Under the pieces are notes generated by a model. It was not told where the DNA came from. It saw nothing but the letters and a program-made list of their open reading frames with translations, and searched no databases. Shown in pieces: positions 37,458 through 46,804 of a stretch of DNA of 64,000 nucleotides (position 1 is the stretch's first letter; every line of letters begins with the position of its first letter). Location: the NCBI RefSeq assembly GCF_044373165.1, contig NZ_JBILQL010000005.1, positions 1,046-65,045 on the forward strand, in the 5' to 3' direction. This stretch comes from Flavobacterium sp. Lineage in GTDB: Bacteria; Bacteroidota; Bacteroidia; Flavobacteriales; Flavobacteriaceae. Made by a program: the position numbers and the translations under genes.

Positions 37458-37544
37458 CTAACAAACAAACTAAACTTCAATTCAATCAAGTTTGAGAACT
37501 CGACTTTACTTTACGCACTCATTTCTCTCACAGAAAAAAGACGA

Positions 37545-39218
37545 TTATGCTTTTATGTAGGCTTCTTCGTGTACATTAGCCACGGCTCTGCCCGACGGAT
37601 CATTTAAGTTTTTAAAGGCTTCATCCCATTCTAAAGCTACTTTCGTACTACAAGCCACACTAGCTTCTTGAGGTACGCTTAAAGCGGCTGTATCGCTTGG
37701 AAAATGCTCGTTAAAAATGGAACGATAATAATATTCTTCTTTAGATGTTGGCGTTTGTATCGGGAACTTGTATTTGGCGTTGGCCAATTGCTCATCGGTA
37801 ATTTCCTGAGCTACCATCGCTTTCAAAGTATCAATCCAACTGTAGCCTACGCCATCACTGAATTGTTCTTTTTGTCGCCAAGCTACGCTTTCCGGCAACA
37901 TGTCTTCAAAGGCTTTGCGCAATACCCATTTCTCCATGCGTTCACCATTAATCATTTTATCTTGTGGGTTGATTCGCATCGCCACATCCATAAACTCTTT
38001 ATCCAAAAACGGCACACGACCTTCGATACCCCAAGCCGCTAAACTTTTGTTGGCACGCAAGCAATCGTACATGTGAAGTTTGCTTAATTTACGCACGGTT
38101 TCTTCGTGAAACTCTTTAGCATTCGGCGCTTTGTGAAAGTACAAATAACCGCCAAACAATTCGTCCGAACCTTCACCGGAAAGCACCATTTTAATCCCCA
38201 TCGATTTGATAACTCTTGCCATTAAATACATAGGCGTGGAAGCTCGGATAGTCGTCACATCATAAGTTTCTATATTGTAAATCACATCGCGCACGGCATC
38301 TAAGCCTTCTTGTATGGTGAATTTGATTTCGTGGTGAATGGTTCCCAAATGATCGGCTACTTTTCGGGCTGCGGCCAAATCGGGTGAACCTTCTAAGCCA
38401 ACGGCAAACGAATGCAATTGCGGATACCAAGCATCAACCATATCGCCGGATTCGATTCGCTTTTGGGCAAACTTTTTGGCTATGGCCGAAGTAATGGAAG
38501 AATCCAATCCGCCCGACAACAATACGCCGTAAGGCACGTCACTCATCAACTGTCTATGAACAGCAGCTTCCAAGGCAGTTCTGATTTCTTGGATACTGGT
38601 TTCGTTTTCTTTAACCGCTTCGAAATCGGTCCATTCTCTTTGGTACCATTGCACCAATTCACCGTCTTTACTCGACATATAATGGCCGGGCGGAAACAAC
38701 TCGATTTTGGTACAATAGCCTTCCAAGGCTTTCAATTCGGAAGCCACATAAAAAGTCCCAAATTGATCCCAACCCATATACAACGGGATGATTCCCATAT
38801 GGTCACGAGCGATGAAATACTCATCTTTTTCCACATCATATAAGGCGAAACCGAAAATCCCGTTCATTTCGTCTATAAAATGAGGTCCTTTTTCTTTATA
38901 AAGAGCCAAAATGACTTCACAATCACTTTGGGTTTGGAACTCGTATTTGCCTTCAAACTGTTCGCGCAAAACGCGGTGGTTGTATATTTCTCCGTTGGCT
39001 GCTAAAACCAACTGCCCATCTTTACTGAACAATGGTTGTTTGCCCGAAGTCGGATCTACTATAGCTAATCTTTCGTGTGCCAAAATGGCTTTATCGTTAC
39101 TGAAAATACCGCTCCAATCCGGACCGCGATGGCGGATGATTTTCGACATTTCCAAGACTTGTGGTCTTAAGGTTTCTGATTTTTGCTTTAATTCAAAGGC
39201 GCATACAATTCCGCACAT
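37545..39218 (-). CDS. asnB: asparagine synthase B (glutamine-hydrolysing)
   Basis: MCGI N-terminal nucleophile, PP-loop SGGLDSS, 557 aa. Confidence 0.93.
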   Translation of the reverse strand: MCGIVCAFELKQKSETLRPQVLEMSKIIRHRGPDWSGIFSNDKAILAHERLAIVDPTSGKQPLFSKDGQLVLAANGEIYNHRVLREQFEGKYEFQTQSDCEVILALYKEKGPHFIDEMNGIFGFALYDVEKDEYFIARDHMGIIPLYMGWDQFGTFYVASELKALEGYCTKIELFPPGHYMSSKDGELVQWYQREWTDFEAVKENETSIQEIRTALEAAVHRQLMSDVPYGVLLSGGLDSSITSAIAKKFAQKRIESGDMVDAWYPQLHSFAVGLEGSPDLAAARKVADHLGTIHHEIKFTIQEGLDAVRDVIYNIETYDVTTIRASTPMYLMARVIKSMGIKMVLSGEGSDELFGGYLYFHKAPNAKEFHEETVRKLSKLHMYDCLRANKSLAAWGIEGRVPFLDKEFMDVAMRINPQDKMINGERMEKWVLRKAFEDMLPESVAWRQKEQFSDGVGYSWIDTLKAMVAQEITDEQLANAKYKFPIQTPTSKEEYYYRSIFNEHFPSDTAALSVPQEASVACSTKVALEWDEAFKNLNDPSGRAVANVHEEAYIKA

Positions 39219-39380
39219 AACTTTTTATTCTTTTGTTTATTTGATGAAGCAAAAGTCATTTTTTACCATTAAAAAATAAATCAATAATCTGAAATCAGTT
39301 ATAAATTGTAATTATAAAAAGAAAATAAAAGAGAATTTAAAAGCAATAAGTTATAAAAAGGCCAAATTCGATTAAAAAAA

Positions 39381-39824
39381 TCAGTTTACTGCTTCGATAA
39401 AATAAGGTTTGCCATTGATTTCGGTTGAATATCCTACGCCATTGCCCATCAACTTAGTTCCTAATGGCGACTGTGGAGAAATGGCAAAAACTGTTTGACC
39501 GTCTACCGTAATTTTAGGCAAGGCAGTGCTGACAAACAACCACATGCCATTGGATTGCACCAAACTGCCTAAGGCTACTTTTTGATGTAAAACCGTCGTA
39601 TCAATTTTATCCAATATGGCTTTTTGGGCTAAGACTTCTTGCAACTTATGATTGAGTTTTTCCTGCTCCAAATGCATCATCGACAAAGCCGTTTCGTGTT
39701 TATCGCCGGCTGAACCTTTGGCATCGTTTTGTGCATCAACAGTCAAGCCGGAAATCATGTCTTGGAAGACATCAATTCGGTCTTGCACTAGTTGTTTGTA
39801 GTATTGGTGGATTTGTTGTTTCAT
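39381..39824 (-). CDS. GreA/GreB C-terminal-domain-like protein (function unknown)
   Basis: 147 aa with an N-terminal coiled coil. The C-terminal ISPQSPLGTKLMG pattern resembles the Gre-factor C-terminal domain. Confidence 0.5.
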   Translation of the reverse strand: MKQQIHQYYKQLVQDRIDVFQDMISGLTVDAQNDAKGSAGDKHETALSMMHLEQEKLNHKLQEVLAQKAILDKIDTTVLHQKVALGSLVQSNGMWLFVSTALPKITVDGQTVFAISPQSPLGTKLMGNGVGYSTEINGKPYFIEAVN

Positions 39825-39847
39825 TAGCTAGGTACTGAGGCACTGAA

Positions 39848-39863
39848 GTTCTAAGGTTCTAAG
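39848..39863. repeat. perfect tandem octamer GTTCTAAG x2 within a repeat-rich operon spacer
   Basis: Read directly. Neighbouring ACTGAgG/ACTGAAG and TCAGAT/TCAGAT pairs lie in 39834..39884. Confidence 0.7.
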
Positions 39864-39899
39864 GATTAGCTCAGATATTCAGATGCTTAGCAATTTTCA

Positions 39900-41618
39900 T
39901 TAAAAATCAAATTTATAACTCGCGCCTCCTAAAACCTGTATGCCTTGCACCGGATAATGCAACCAACGTTGGTAATCTTGATTGGCCAAGTTGTTTCCTT
40001 TTAAGAAAAAAGTCAATCGTTCGCTGTGTTTGTACCCTACATGCGCATTCAAATCGAGGAAGCTGTCTAAGGTTACTTCCGTATCAAAAGTAGGTTGTGT
40101 TAAAGAAGCAAAATGGGCAAAATCTTTTCTTTCGCCTACAAAAAACAAATTGGCGCCGGCATACCATTTTTGGGTGATGTTAACATCTAAACTTGTTCCA
40201 ATAGTCAAACCGGGTAAATTCCAAGCTTCGTTTTCAACATCGGTGGTATAACTGCTGAAAGTTCCGTTTATTCCGAATGCTACATTTTTTGAAAAATCCG
40301 CTTTCAATTCTCCAAAAAAGCTAACTGTTTTGAGTTTGTCGTAAACCACTTTGAATGAGTTTCCGTATTGGTAACCTTCGAAACCCACCAATTCCTCGTA
40401 GCCGTTGCTTTTGAAAAGGGCTCGATTATCTTCGTTTAAATAAGAACCGCGAATGTTATAACTCACGCTGTTGGCCAACTTCCCTTTTAAACCCAAATAA
40501 ACATCGTATTTTTGATCGGTTGGTGCTATTACTAATGTTGGTGACATAAAGAAATTTTCCTGAGCAAATTCACGGTAAGTGTTTTGTTTTAGTCCGCCTT
40601 CAATTCCGGCATAAAAAATCATCAAATCGCCTACAACTCTATACGAACCCGTAACTTGCGGATAGATAAAAAACTTGCTCTCACCTTGTTCCTGAGCAGC
40701 ACTGTAGAAAAATCCGACTCCGGCATTTACCGTTAAATCGTCTTTTTTAATTTTGATGCTAGGCTGAAAACCCACATTGGTAAATCCGTATTTCAATCCG
40801 GCATTGCCCACCATATTTTTTTCAAAAGAACCGCTCAGGTAATCCAACACAAAATCGGCTTTGATTTTTTGTTCTACGATATCAAATTCCAATGAAGGTT
40901 TGGCCACAAAACGATTTTCAGCCGAACCGAAAGCATCCCAAAATCGGGTAAACTTTACCGAACTTTCTTTCAACACATTATTTAATCCTAATCTTCCGCC
41001 CACATATAAAGTGTGATAGGTTTGTTGCTCATCAATAGTGGCTAATGTTGCCGGTGTAATCGTTCCGGGATAAAAGCCATACCAATTGTAAATTTGGTGT
41101 TGGTACCCCAAATCGGCGCTCCAATTCATAGTGTTGGTGCGACAACCGTAAGTTAAATCTAAAGCGGTATTCATAAACTTATCATCCAAAAATACCCCAT
41201 CGATACCGCCTTGAGAAGAACTGTGGCGCAACATACCGCCAAAGTAATCCGTGTTGCTCACGTTTTCCGTTACAAATAATTCGACATTGGCTGTACCGTA
41301 ATTTCCGGCGGCTAAGGTCAGGTAATTGCTGAAGATTTTTTCCTGTGGTTCTTTATCCACGCCGGCCGCTTTTCCTTTGGCCGGAGCAAAAGTAGACGCT
41401 ACCGGAAAAGAAAAAATATTGTACTTGATGTTTTCTTTTTTCAAAGTTTCCTCGTCATCTAAACTTGGTGTTTCTTTCACCTTGAAGGCATCGGAAATAG
41501 TTGGCGTATAAGGTTTAACCACGTTGACTACTTCGGTTCCGATGTTTTCGTCTTTCTTTTGGGCGAAAGCGATTTGGGTTACAAAAAGGATGGCTGCTAT
41601 ATATTTTACTTGTTTCAT
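39900..41618 (-). CDS. outer-membrane beta-barrel protein (TonB-dependent-receptor-like barrel, no obvious plug)
   Basis: Signal peptide MKQVKYIAAILFVTQIAFAQ, alternating beta-strand pattern, and C-terminal ...GASYKFDF. 572 aa is short for a full TBDT. Confidence 0.7.
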   Translation of the reverse strand: MKQVKYIAAILFVTQIAFAQKKDENIGTEVVNVVKPYTPTISDAFKVKETPSLDDEETLKKENIKYNIFSFPVASTFAPAKGKAAGVDKEPQEKIFSNYLTLAAGNYGTANVELFVTENVSNTDYFGGMLRHSSSQGGIDGVFLDDKFMNTALDLTYGCRTNTMNWSADLGYQHQIYNWYGFYPGTITPATLATIDEQQTYHTLYVGGRLGLNNVLKESSVKFTRFWDAFGSAENRFVAKPSLEFDIVEQKIKADFVLDYLSGSFEKNMVGNAGLKYGFTNVGFQPSIKIKKDDLTVNAGVGFFYSAAQEQGESKFFIYPQVTGSYRVVGDLMIFYAGIEGGLKQNTYREFAQENFFMSPTLVIAPTDQKYDVYLGLKGKLANSVSYNIRGSYLNEDNRALFKSNGYEELVGFEGYQYGNSFKVVYDKLKTVSFFGELKADFSKNVAFGINGTFSSYTTDVENEAWNLPGLTIGTSLDVNITQKWYAGANLFFVGERKDFAHFASLTQPTFDTEVTLDSFLDLNAHVGYKHSERLTFFLKGNNLANQDYQRWLHYPVQGIQVLGGASYKFDF

Positions 41619-41675
41619 ATCTAATTTAAAATTACACAGAGATTCATTGAGAAACTCGAAGATTCAGAGAAAAGT

Positions 41676-44600
41676 TTATTCGGTTACGGAAGAATTGGTT
41701 TTAGCGGCTTCGCCTTTGATGCTATCCAATTCGGTTTGGGCTTCGGCTACTACATCAGGATAAGCAGTGAAATTCTTAATCACACTATCTAAGATCGATG
41801 TTGCGCTAAAATTGTCTTTCAACTGATAATAGTTTTTGGCCATAATCACTAAGCCTTTGGCACCGAAATATTTGTAGCCTGAATATTCTTTGGCCAATTT
41901 TTGAACGGTTTTGTTGGAATCTTCAAACTTGCCGTCTTTGTGTTTAAAATAGGCTTCATAGTATAGCGCTTCGGCTGCTAATTCCCCTTTGGCAATGGTT
42001 AACAATTTGGCATAAGCGGTTCGGGCTTTGGCTTCGTCATTGACTTGAATTGCCGCTCTGGCTACGATAATTTGCGCATCACTTTTAATTTTATTATCGG
42101 TTTTAGGATTGGCCAAAACTTTATCCGCATAAACCACGGCATTGGCGTAATCTTTTTGTTCGTAATACGCTCTCATTAAATTGGCTTGGGCGAAAGTAAC
42201 GTTTTGAGGAAAATCGGCTTCGGTTTCCAATCTTTTTAAAACCGGAACGGCATTAGTATAATCGTTTTTCTTCAAATGAATCTCACACAAACGCGCCAAG
42301 GATTGCTCGGTAAATTCGCTTCGACTTTTGCTGATGACATAGTCGTAACCCGCAACCGCATTGGCTTCCAAACCGTCAGCATAATAGGATTGTGCTAAGT
42401 AGAAATTGGCTTTTAAGGCGTGAATACCGTTCGGGAATTTCGACACATAACTGCTCAAACCCGAAATGGCTTGTTTGGTATTGTTTTGCAAGTATTGTTT
42501 TTCGGCGGCTTCATAAGTATCGTTATCCAACTCGGCATCGGATACTTCCACAAAATCAAGTGTTCTTACCCACGATGCATATTCATCCACTTTTCCGTTA
42601 TCCATATAAATCAATCGTGCCGTTGAAACCGCTTCTAAGGCTTCGGGCGTTCTAGGATAATCGGCTGCCACTTTTTTGAATTTGGCCAAAGCCAACTCGT
42701 CTTTCTGTCCGTTGTAATACACCAAACCCTGACGCAATACCGCTTTGGAAGCGAAGGAACCATTTTTGAATTCGGACAACAATTGGTCGTAGGTTTTTAC
42801 CGCCAAATCAGTTTTGTTTTCAGCTACATAGGTGTTTCCTAATTCGAACAACGCATCATCACGGTATTTGGAAGATTTGAAATTTTGCAAAAACTTATTG
42901 AAATCTTCAATTTTACGGTCGTTGCGCGATACAAATCCGTAGCTCAAGGCTTTTTGAAAGGCAGCGTAATCGGCGTCGATGCCTTTCATATCAATCGCTT
43001 TATTATAAGCATCCATGGCCGGCCAATATTTGGAAGTTACAAAACGAGAATCACCCAAACGCAGATAAGCATCATTCAAACGAACTTTATCGTCTTTATT
43101 GGTATCGATATAGCTTTGGAAATAATTTCCGGCTTGCTCGTATTCTTTTTGCTTGAAATAAGCGTAAGCAATATTGTAGTTGATGTTTTTGTATTCCGGC
43201 GTTTCCTTAGCCGCTGTATAACCCAAAAACTGTTTGAAACTCAACAACGCTTCGTTGAAATTATCCAACACGTATTCGGTTTCACCTTTCCAAAACATAG
43301 CTCTCGCGGTGAATTTTTCGTTTCTTGAAGTAGCCACCGATTTTTTAAACATACCCAAGGCTTCTTGGTAATTCCCGTCGGTGTACAATTCGATCCCGCG
43401 GTAGAACGTTACTTTTTGATACGCCGGCTTGTTGGTTTCGGTGTTGTTTTTCTCTAATAAGAGTAACGCATCTTTATAGTTTTTCGACGTGATGTATGAG
43501 TTGATTAACAAGGTCTCGATTTCAATCTTACTTGGCGAATTCGGATATTTCGTTAAAAATGTTGACAATACATCTGGAATCGATTGGTAGGAGTTTCCTA
43601 TTTCGTAACTCAATTTGGCATAGTTCAAATTGGCGTCTTCTTGTATAGCTTTATCAAAATCCATTTCCGAAGCGCTTTTGAAGGCATTCAACGCTTGTTG
43701 CTTTTTATCGGTTTTGAAATAACATTCCCCTAAATGGTAATAACCGTTTTGGGCTACAAAATCTTTCCCGTCGATAATCTTATTGAATTGCAAAATGGCA
43801 TTTTCATAATCTTTTTGCATGTAATACGCATAACCCAACTGGTAAAAATCGGTATTGCTCCATTTGCCTTTTTTGCCTTTGTATTCTTTTAAATACGGCA
43901 GCGCTTTATCGTATTGTTTTAAGTTGAAATAACTTTCGCCTATAATTTTATTTAATTCCGATTTTTCGGCAGCGGTAGAATTTGGCATTGCCGTCAAAGA
44001 CGCTTCGATAGCTTTGTCAAACTCGCCGGCTTTAAATTGCATATCCGCTTTGAAGTAAGACAGTTTTTCTTTGTACTTGTCCTCGTTTTCTAGTTGCTGA
44101 AAGTACTTATTGGCTTCTTGATAATTGTTGTCTTCATACTTCATGACACCCAAGTAGTAATTGGCTTGCGTACCATAATCTTTAGAATTCACCACTTTGT
44201 TAAAATAGGCTGCAGCTTCTTTTTTATTACCGGCAGTGAAATAAGCATAGCCTTTTTGGAAGGTGAATTTTTCCGTTTGTTCGTAAGTCAGCGCGCTTTC
44301 GTCTACTTTATCAAAATACTGCAAGGCTTGAGGAAATTTTCCTTGTTCGAAATAATACTGCGCCACTTCGATGTAAGCTTGGTTTTGTTTAGAACTGGTT
44401 GGATAATCCGCTACGAATTTCTCCATCAACTCATCGGCATTCGATTGGTTCAAATGAATGGCACAATTGGCGATATAGTAAGCACAATCGGCCGCTATAT
44501 CCTGTTCTTTATTGCTTTGTTTTACCCGTTCAAATAAAATTTGGGCGGATTGGTATTGCTTGTCTTTATACAACAAAACAGCTTTGTCAAACTCGGATAA

Positions 44601-44690
44601 ATCATGAGTGTAAATAGCAGATTGTTGGGCTGAAATCGTTGGAACTACAGACAATCCCAACAAAAATGATAACATTAAAACGTTACGCAT
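41676..44690 (-). CDS. giant secreted tetratricopeptide-repeat protein (1004 aa)
   Basis: Signal peptide MRNVLMLSFLLGLSVVPTISAQ. About 20 TPR-like units (repeated Y..A...F / A.YY.G patterns) along the whole length. Confidence 0.8.
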   Translation of the reverse strand: MRNVLMLSFLLGLSVVPTISAQQSAIYTHDLSEFDKAVLLYKDKQYQSAQILFERVKQSNKEQDIAADCAYYIANCAIHLNQSNADELMEKFVADYPTSSKQNQAYIEVAQYYFEQGKFPQALQYFDKVDESALTYEQTEKFTFQKGYAYFTAGNKKEAAAYFNKVVNSKDYGTQANYYLGVMKYEDNNYQEANKYFQQLENEDKYKEKLSYFKADMQFKAGEFDKAIEASLTAMPNSTAAEKSELNKIIGESYFNLKQYDKALPYLKEYKGKKGKWSNTDFYQLGYAYYMQKDYENAILQFNKIIDGKDFVAQNGYYHLGECYFKTDKKQQALNAFKSASEMDFDKAIQEDANLNYAKLSYEIGNSYQSIPDVLSTFLTKYPNSPSKIEIETLLINSYITSKNYKDALLLLEKNNTETNKPAYQKVTFYRGIELYTDGNYQEALGMFKKSVATSRNEKFTARAMFWKGETEYVLDNFNEALLSFKQFLGYTAAKETPEYKNINYNIAYAYFKQKEYEQAGNYFQSYIDTNKDDKVRLNDAYLRLGDSRFVTSKYWPAMDAYNKAIDMKGIDADYAAFQKALSYGFVSRNDRKIEDFNKFLQNFKSSKYRDDALFELGNTYVAENKTDLAVKTYDQLLSEFKNGSFASKAVLRQGLVYYNGQKDELALAKFKKVAADYPRTPEALEAVSTARLIYMDNGKVDEYASWVRTLDFVEVSDAELDNDTYEAAEKQYLQNNTKQAISGLSSYVSKFPNGIHALKANFYLAQSYYADGLEANAVAGYDYVISKSRSEFTEQSLARLCEIHLKKNDYTNAVPVLKRLETEADFPQNVTFAQANLMRAYYEQKDYANAVVYADKVLANPKTDNKIKSDAQIIVARAAIQVNDEAKARTAYAKLLTIAKGELAAEALYYEAYFKHKDGKFEDSNKTVQKLAKEYSGYKYFGAKGLVIMAKNYYQLKDNFSATSILDSVIKNFTAYPDVVAEAQTELDSIKGEAAKTNSSVTE

Positions 44691-44825
44691 GGTTCTTTTT
44701 TTTATTTATCCAAAAATATTACTCTATACCCTATAACGTAAAAACACTTTCATTTATTATAAACATTGTTTTAAACAATTTTGGAACCTAGAAATTCACC
44801 GTTCAATTCGATTCGATGAGACAAT

Positions 44826-44853
44826 TTGGAATTTAGAATTTGGAATTTGGAAT
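44826..44853. repeat. tandem heptamer TTGGAAT x4 (one unit TTAGAAT) upstream of ftsE
   Basis: Read directly in the divergent TPR-ftsE spacer, 39 nt upstream of the ftsE ATG. Confidence 0.8.
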
Positions 44854-44891
44854 TTATATTTACTATTTTTACCCAATAAACCCAATTATCC

Positions 44892-45575
44892 ATGTCAGCA
44901 ACAGTTTTATCCTTAAAAAACGTTACCATTTATCAAGAGAATCGCGTGATTTTATCACAAATAAACTTGGAGGTTAAAGAAGGTGAATTCCTTTATATCA
45001 TTGGTAAAACCGGGACGGGAAAAAGTAGTTTTATGAAAACTTTATACGGTGATTTGGCTTTGACGGAAGGCAGTGGAAACATCGTTGGGTATGATTTGGC
45101 CAATTTAAAAGAAAACGACATTCCGTTTTTGAGACGTAAAATCGGAATTGTATTTCAAGATTTCCAATTGTTGTTGGATCGAAGTGTAAACGAAAATATG
45201 TTGTTTGTTTTGAAAGCCACCGGCTGGACAGACCAACAAGAGATGCAAAATAAAATTGATGATGTTTTAGAGCGAGTAGGCTTAAAAGGCATTGCCAATA
45301 AAATGCCGCACCAACTCTCAGGCGGAGAACAACAAAGAGTTGCGATTGCCCGAGCATTGCTGAATGATCCCGAATTGATTTTGGCCGACGAACCTACCGG
45401 AAACTTAGATCCTCAAACGAGTGCTGAAGTTTTGGGCGTATTGCGAAAAATCAATGAGAACGGTAAAACCGTAATCATGGCTACGCACGATTATGCTTTG
45501 TTGATGAAATTCCCTTCGAAGACCTTAAAATGCGAAGACAACACTATTTTTGAAGTGGTACAGAAAACCGTTTAA
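44892..45575 (+). CDS. ftsE: cell-division ABC ATPase FtsE
   Basis: Walker [10 protein letters not shown], signature [15 protein letters not shown], Walker [13 protein letters not shown], 227 aa. Confidence 0.88.
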   Translation: MSATVLSLKNVTIYQENRVILSQINLEVKEGEFLYIIGKTGTGKSSFMKTLYGDLALTEGSGNIVGYDLANLKENDIPFLRRKIGIVFQDFQLLLDRSVNENMLFVLKATGWTDQQEMQNKIDDVLERVGLKGIANKMPHQLSGGEQQRVAIARALLNDPELILADEPTGNLDPQTSAEVLGVLRKINENGKTVIMATHDYALLMKFPSKTLKCEDNTIFEVVQKTV

Positions 45576-46803
45576 AGCGGCTTGTTTCTTCAAACCATTT
45601 GGCTAATAGTAAAATCGCAAACGGAAAGGTCACCACATGAAAGCGATCGCCTTGACCACAAGATATTCCGGATAAAACTATTGTATACAGTACGAAGAGC
45701 GCCATTAAGGCATACAGCGACTTATGTTTAAAAATCTTTCGCACAAAATAAAGAGATACTAAAACGCCTAACACAGTAAACAGTCGGTTTTGCCATTTGG
45801 ACAAATCGAAGGCCAGTGTCTTCCAGGAGTTAAAATCACTTCTTCCCTTTTTATTTTCGAGATCAAAAATACAGGCATTACCCGATTTGGAGTTATCCAA
45901 AAGGTTGTGAAGATAGGCTTTAATCACGTTGGGAAAGTTGGTTTTGATTTGGTGAACCGCATCTTCTTTAGCCACTCGTTTTTGGTCGTTAAAAGTCAAA
46001 CTGAATAGATATTCTGCTCTTGGATTGTTGATTTGTTGGTATTCCTTGCCGTTTTTAAAACAATCTGCTTTAGAGAACAAATAATTGTGATAAGTTACAC
46101 CGTCAATGTAACTGATGGTAAAATCACCGTATTGTGCTTTCATCCCAACCACTTGAATCAAAATCATTAAAACACTACCATAGAGCAAAATCATGCTTTT
46201 GGCTTTGTAATTTTTCAAGACTGTTTTGATGAAAAAAAACAGCAAAATCAAGGCAAAGAACTTGGCACCGGGTTTTATCAGCATGCTTGCCAACAGTAAC
46301 GACAAGCCAAAAGACAAATACCCAAAATTGTTCGTTTTATAGTACCGAAACAAAGCATAAAAAGCCAAAAAAATGACGAAGGCAAATAGGTTTTCGGTCA
46401 GCAAATGGTAATTGAGTACTGCGTTACCTATGATAAAAAAAGGAAGGAATGCAAAGACAAAAGCTATTTTCTCCGACAGAAAATCTTTGGCCATTTGAAA
46501 CAACAGCAGCGAAGTACCTAACCAACAAATGACATTCACCAGTAAACTCCATTGTAAAATTCCGGCATCAGAACTCCCGAATAAATAAGGCAAACCGGTA
46601 ATAAAAGCCATCATCATCGGACGATAGTAATGTCCGGTAAACTTTAAATACATTTTTTGAGCCGATTCCAAATAATTGGACGAATCCGGATAAAATAAGG
46701 TTTGTTGGTCTAATTGCAACAGCCTATTCAGCACTTCCAACCAAACTAATCCGATTAGAACGAGTAATAAAGAATAGCGATATTTTTGAATGAAGCCCGA
46801 CAA
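45544..46803 (-). CDS. polytopic membrane protein, GT-C-fold glycosyltransferase-like
   Basis: 419 aa with about 10 TMs. An early loop motif (YPDSSNY) after TM1 and a central soluble loop. The family call is tentative. Confidence 0.6.
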   Translation of the reverse strand: MSGFIQKYRYSLLLVLIGLVWLEVLNRLLQLDQQTLFYPDSSNYLESAQKMYLKFTGHYYRPMMMAFITGLPYLFGSSDAGILQWSLLVNVICWLGTSLLLFQMAKDFLSEKIAFVFAFLPFFIIGNAVLNYHLLTENLFAFVIFLAFYALFRYYKTNNFGYLSFGLSLLLASMLIKPGAKFFALILLFFFIKTVLKNYKAKSMILLYGSVLMILIQVVGMKAQYGDFTISYIDGVTYHNYLFSKADCFKNGKEYQQINNPRAEYLFSLTFNDQKRVAKEDAVHQIKTNFPNVIKAYLHNLLDNSKSGNACIFDLENKKGRSDFNSWKTLAFDLSKWQNRLFTVLGVLVSLYFVRKIFKHKSLYALMALFVLYTIVLSGISCGQGDRFHVVTFPFAILLLAKWFEETSRFKRFSVPLQK

Positions 46804-46804
46804 A

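Noticed and set aside
44826-44853. Heptamer tract, and the 28.8-kb inverted repeat, considered as a CRISPR or other array
   Set aside because: The units are 7-8 nt with no spacers, the total length is under 70 nt, and no cas genes are present.
44892-45575. ftsE without an adjacent ftsX, considered as an anomaly
   Set aside because: The downstream gene is convergent, so ftsX is clearly elsewhere. As far as I recall this unlinked arrangement is common in Bacteroidota. I cannot verify that from this window, so I do not rate it as a finding.
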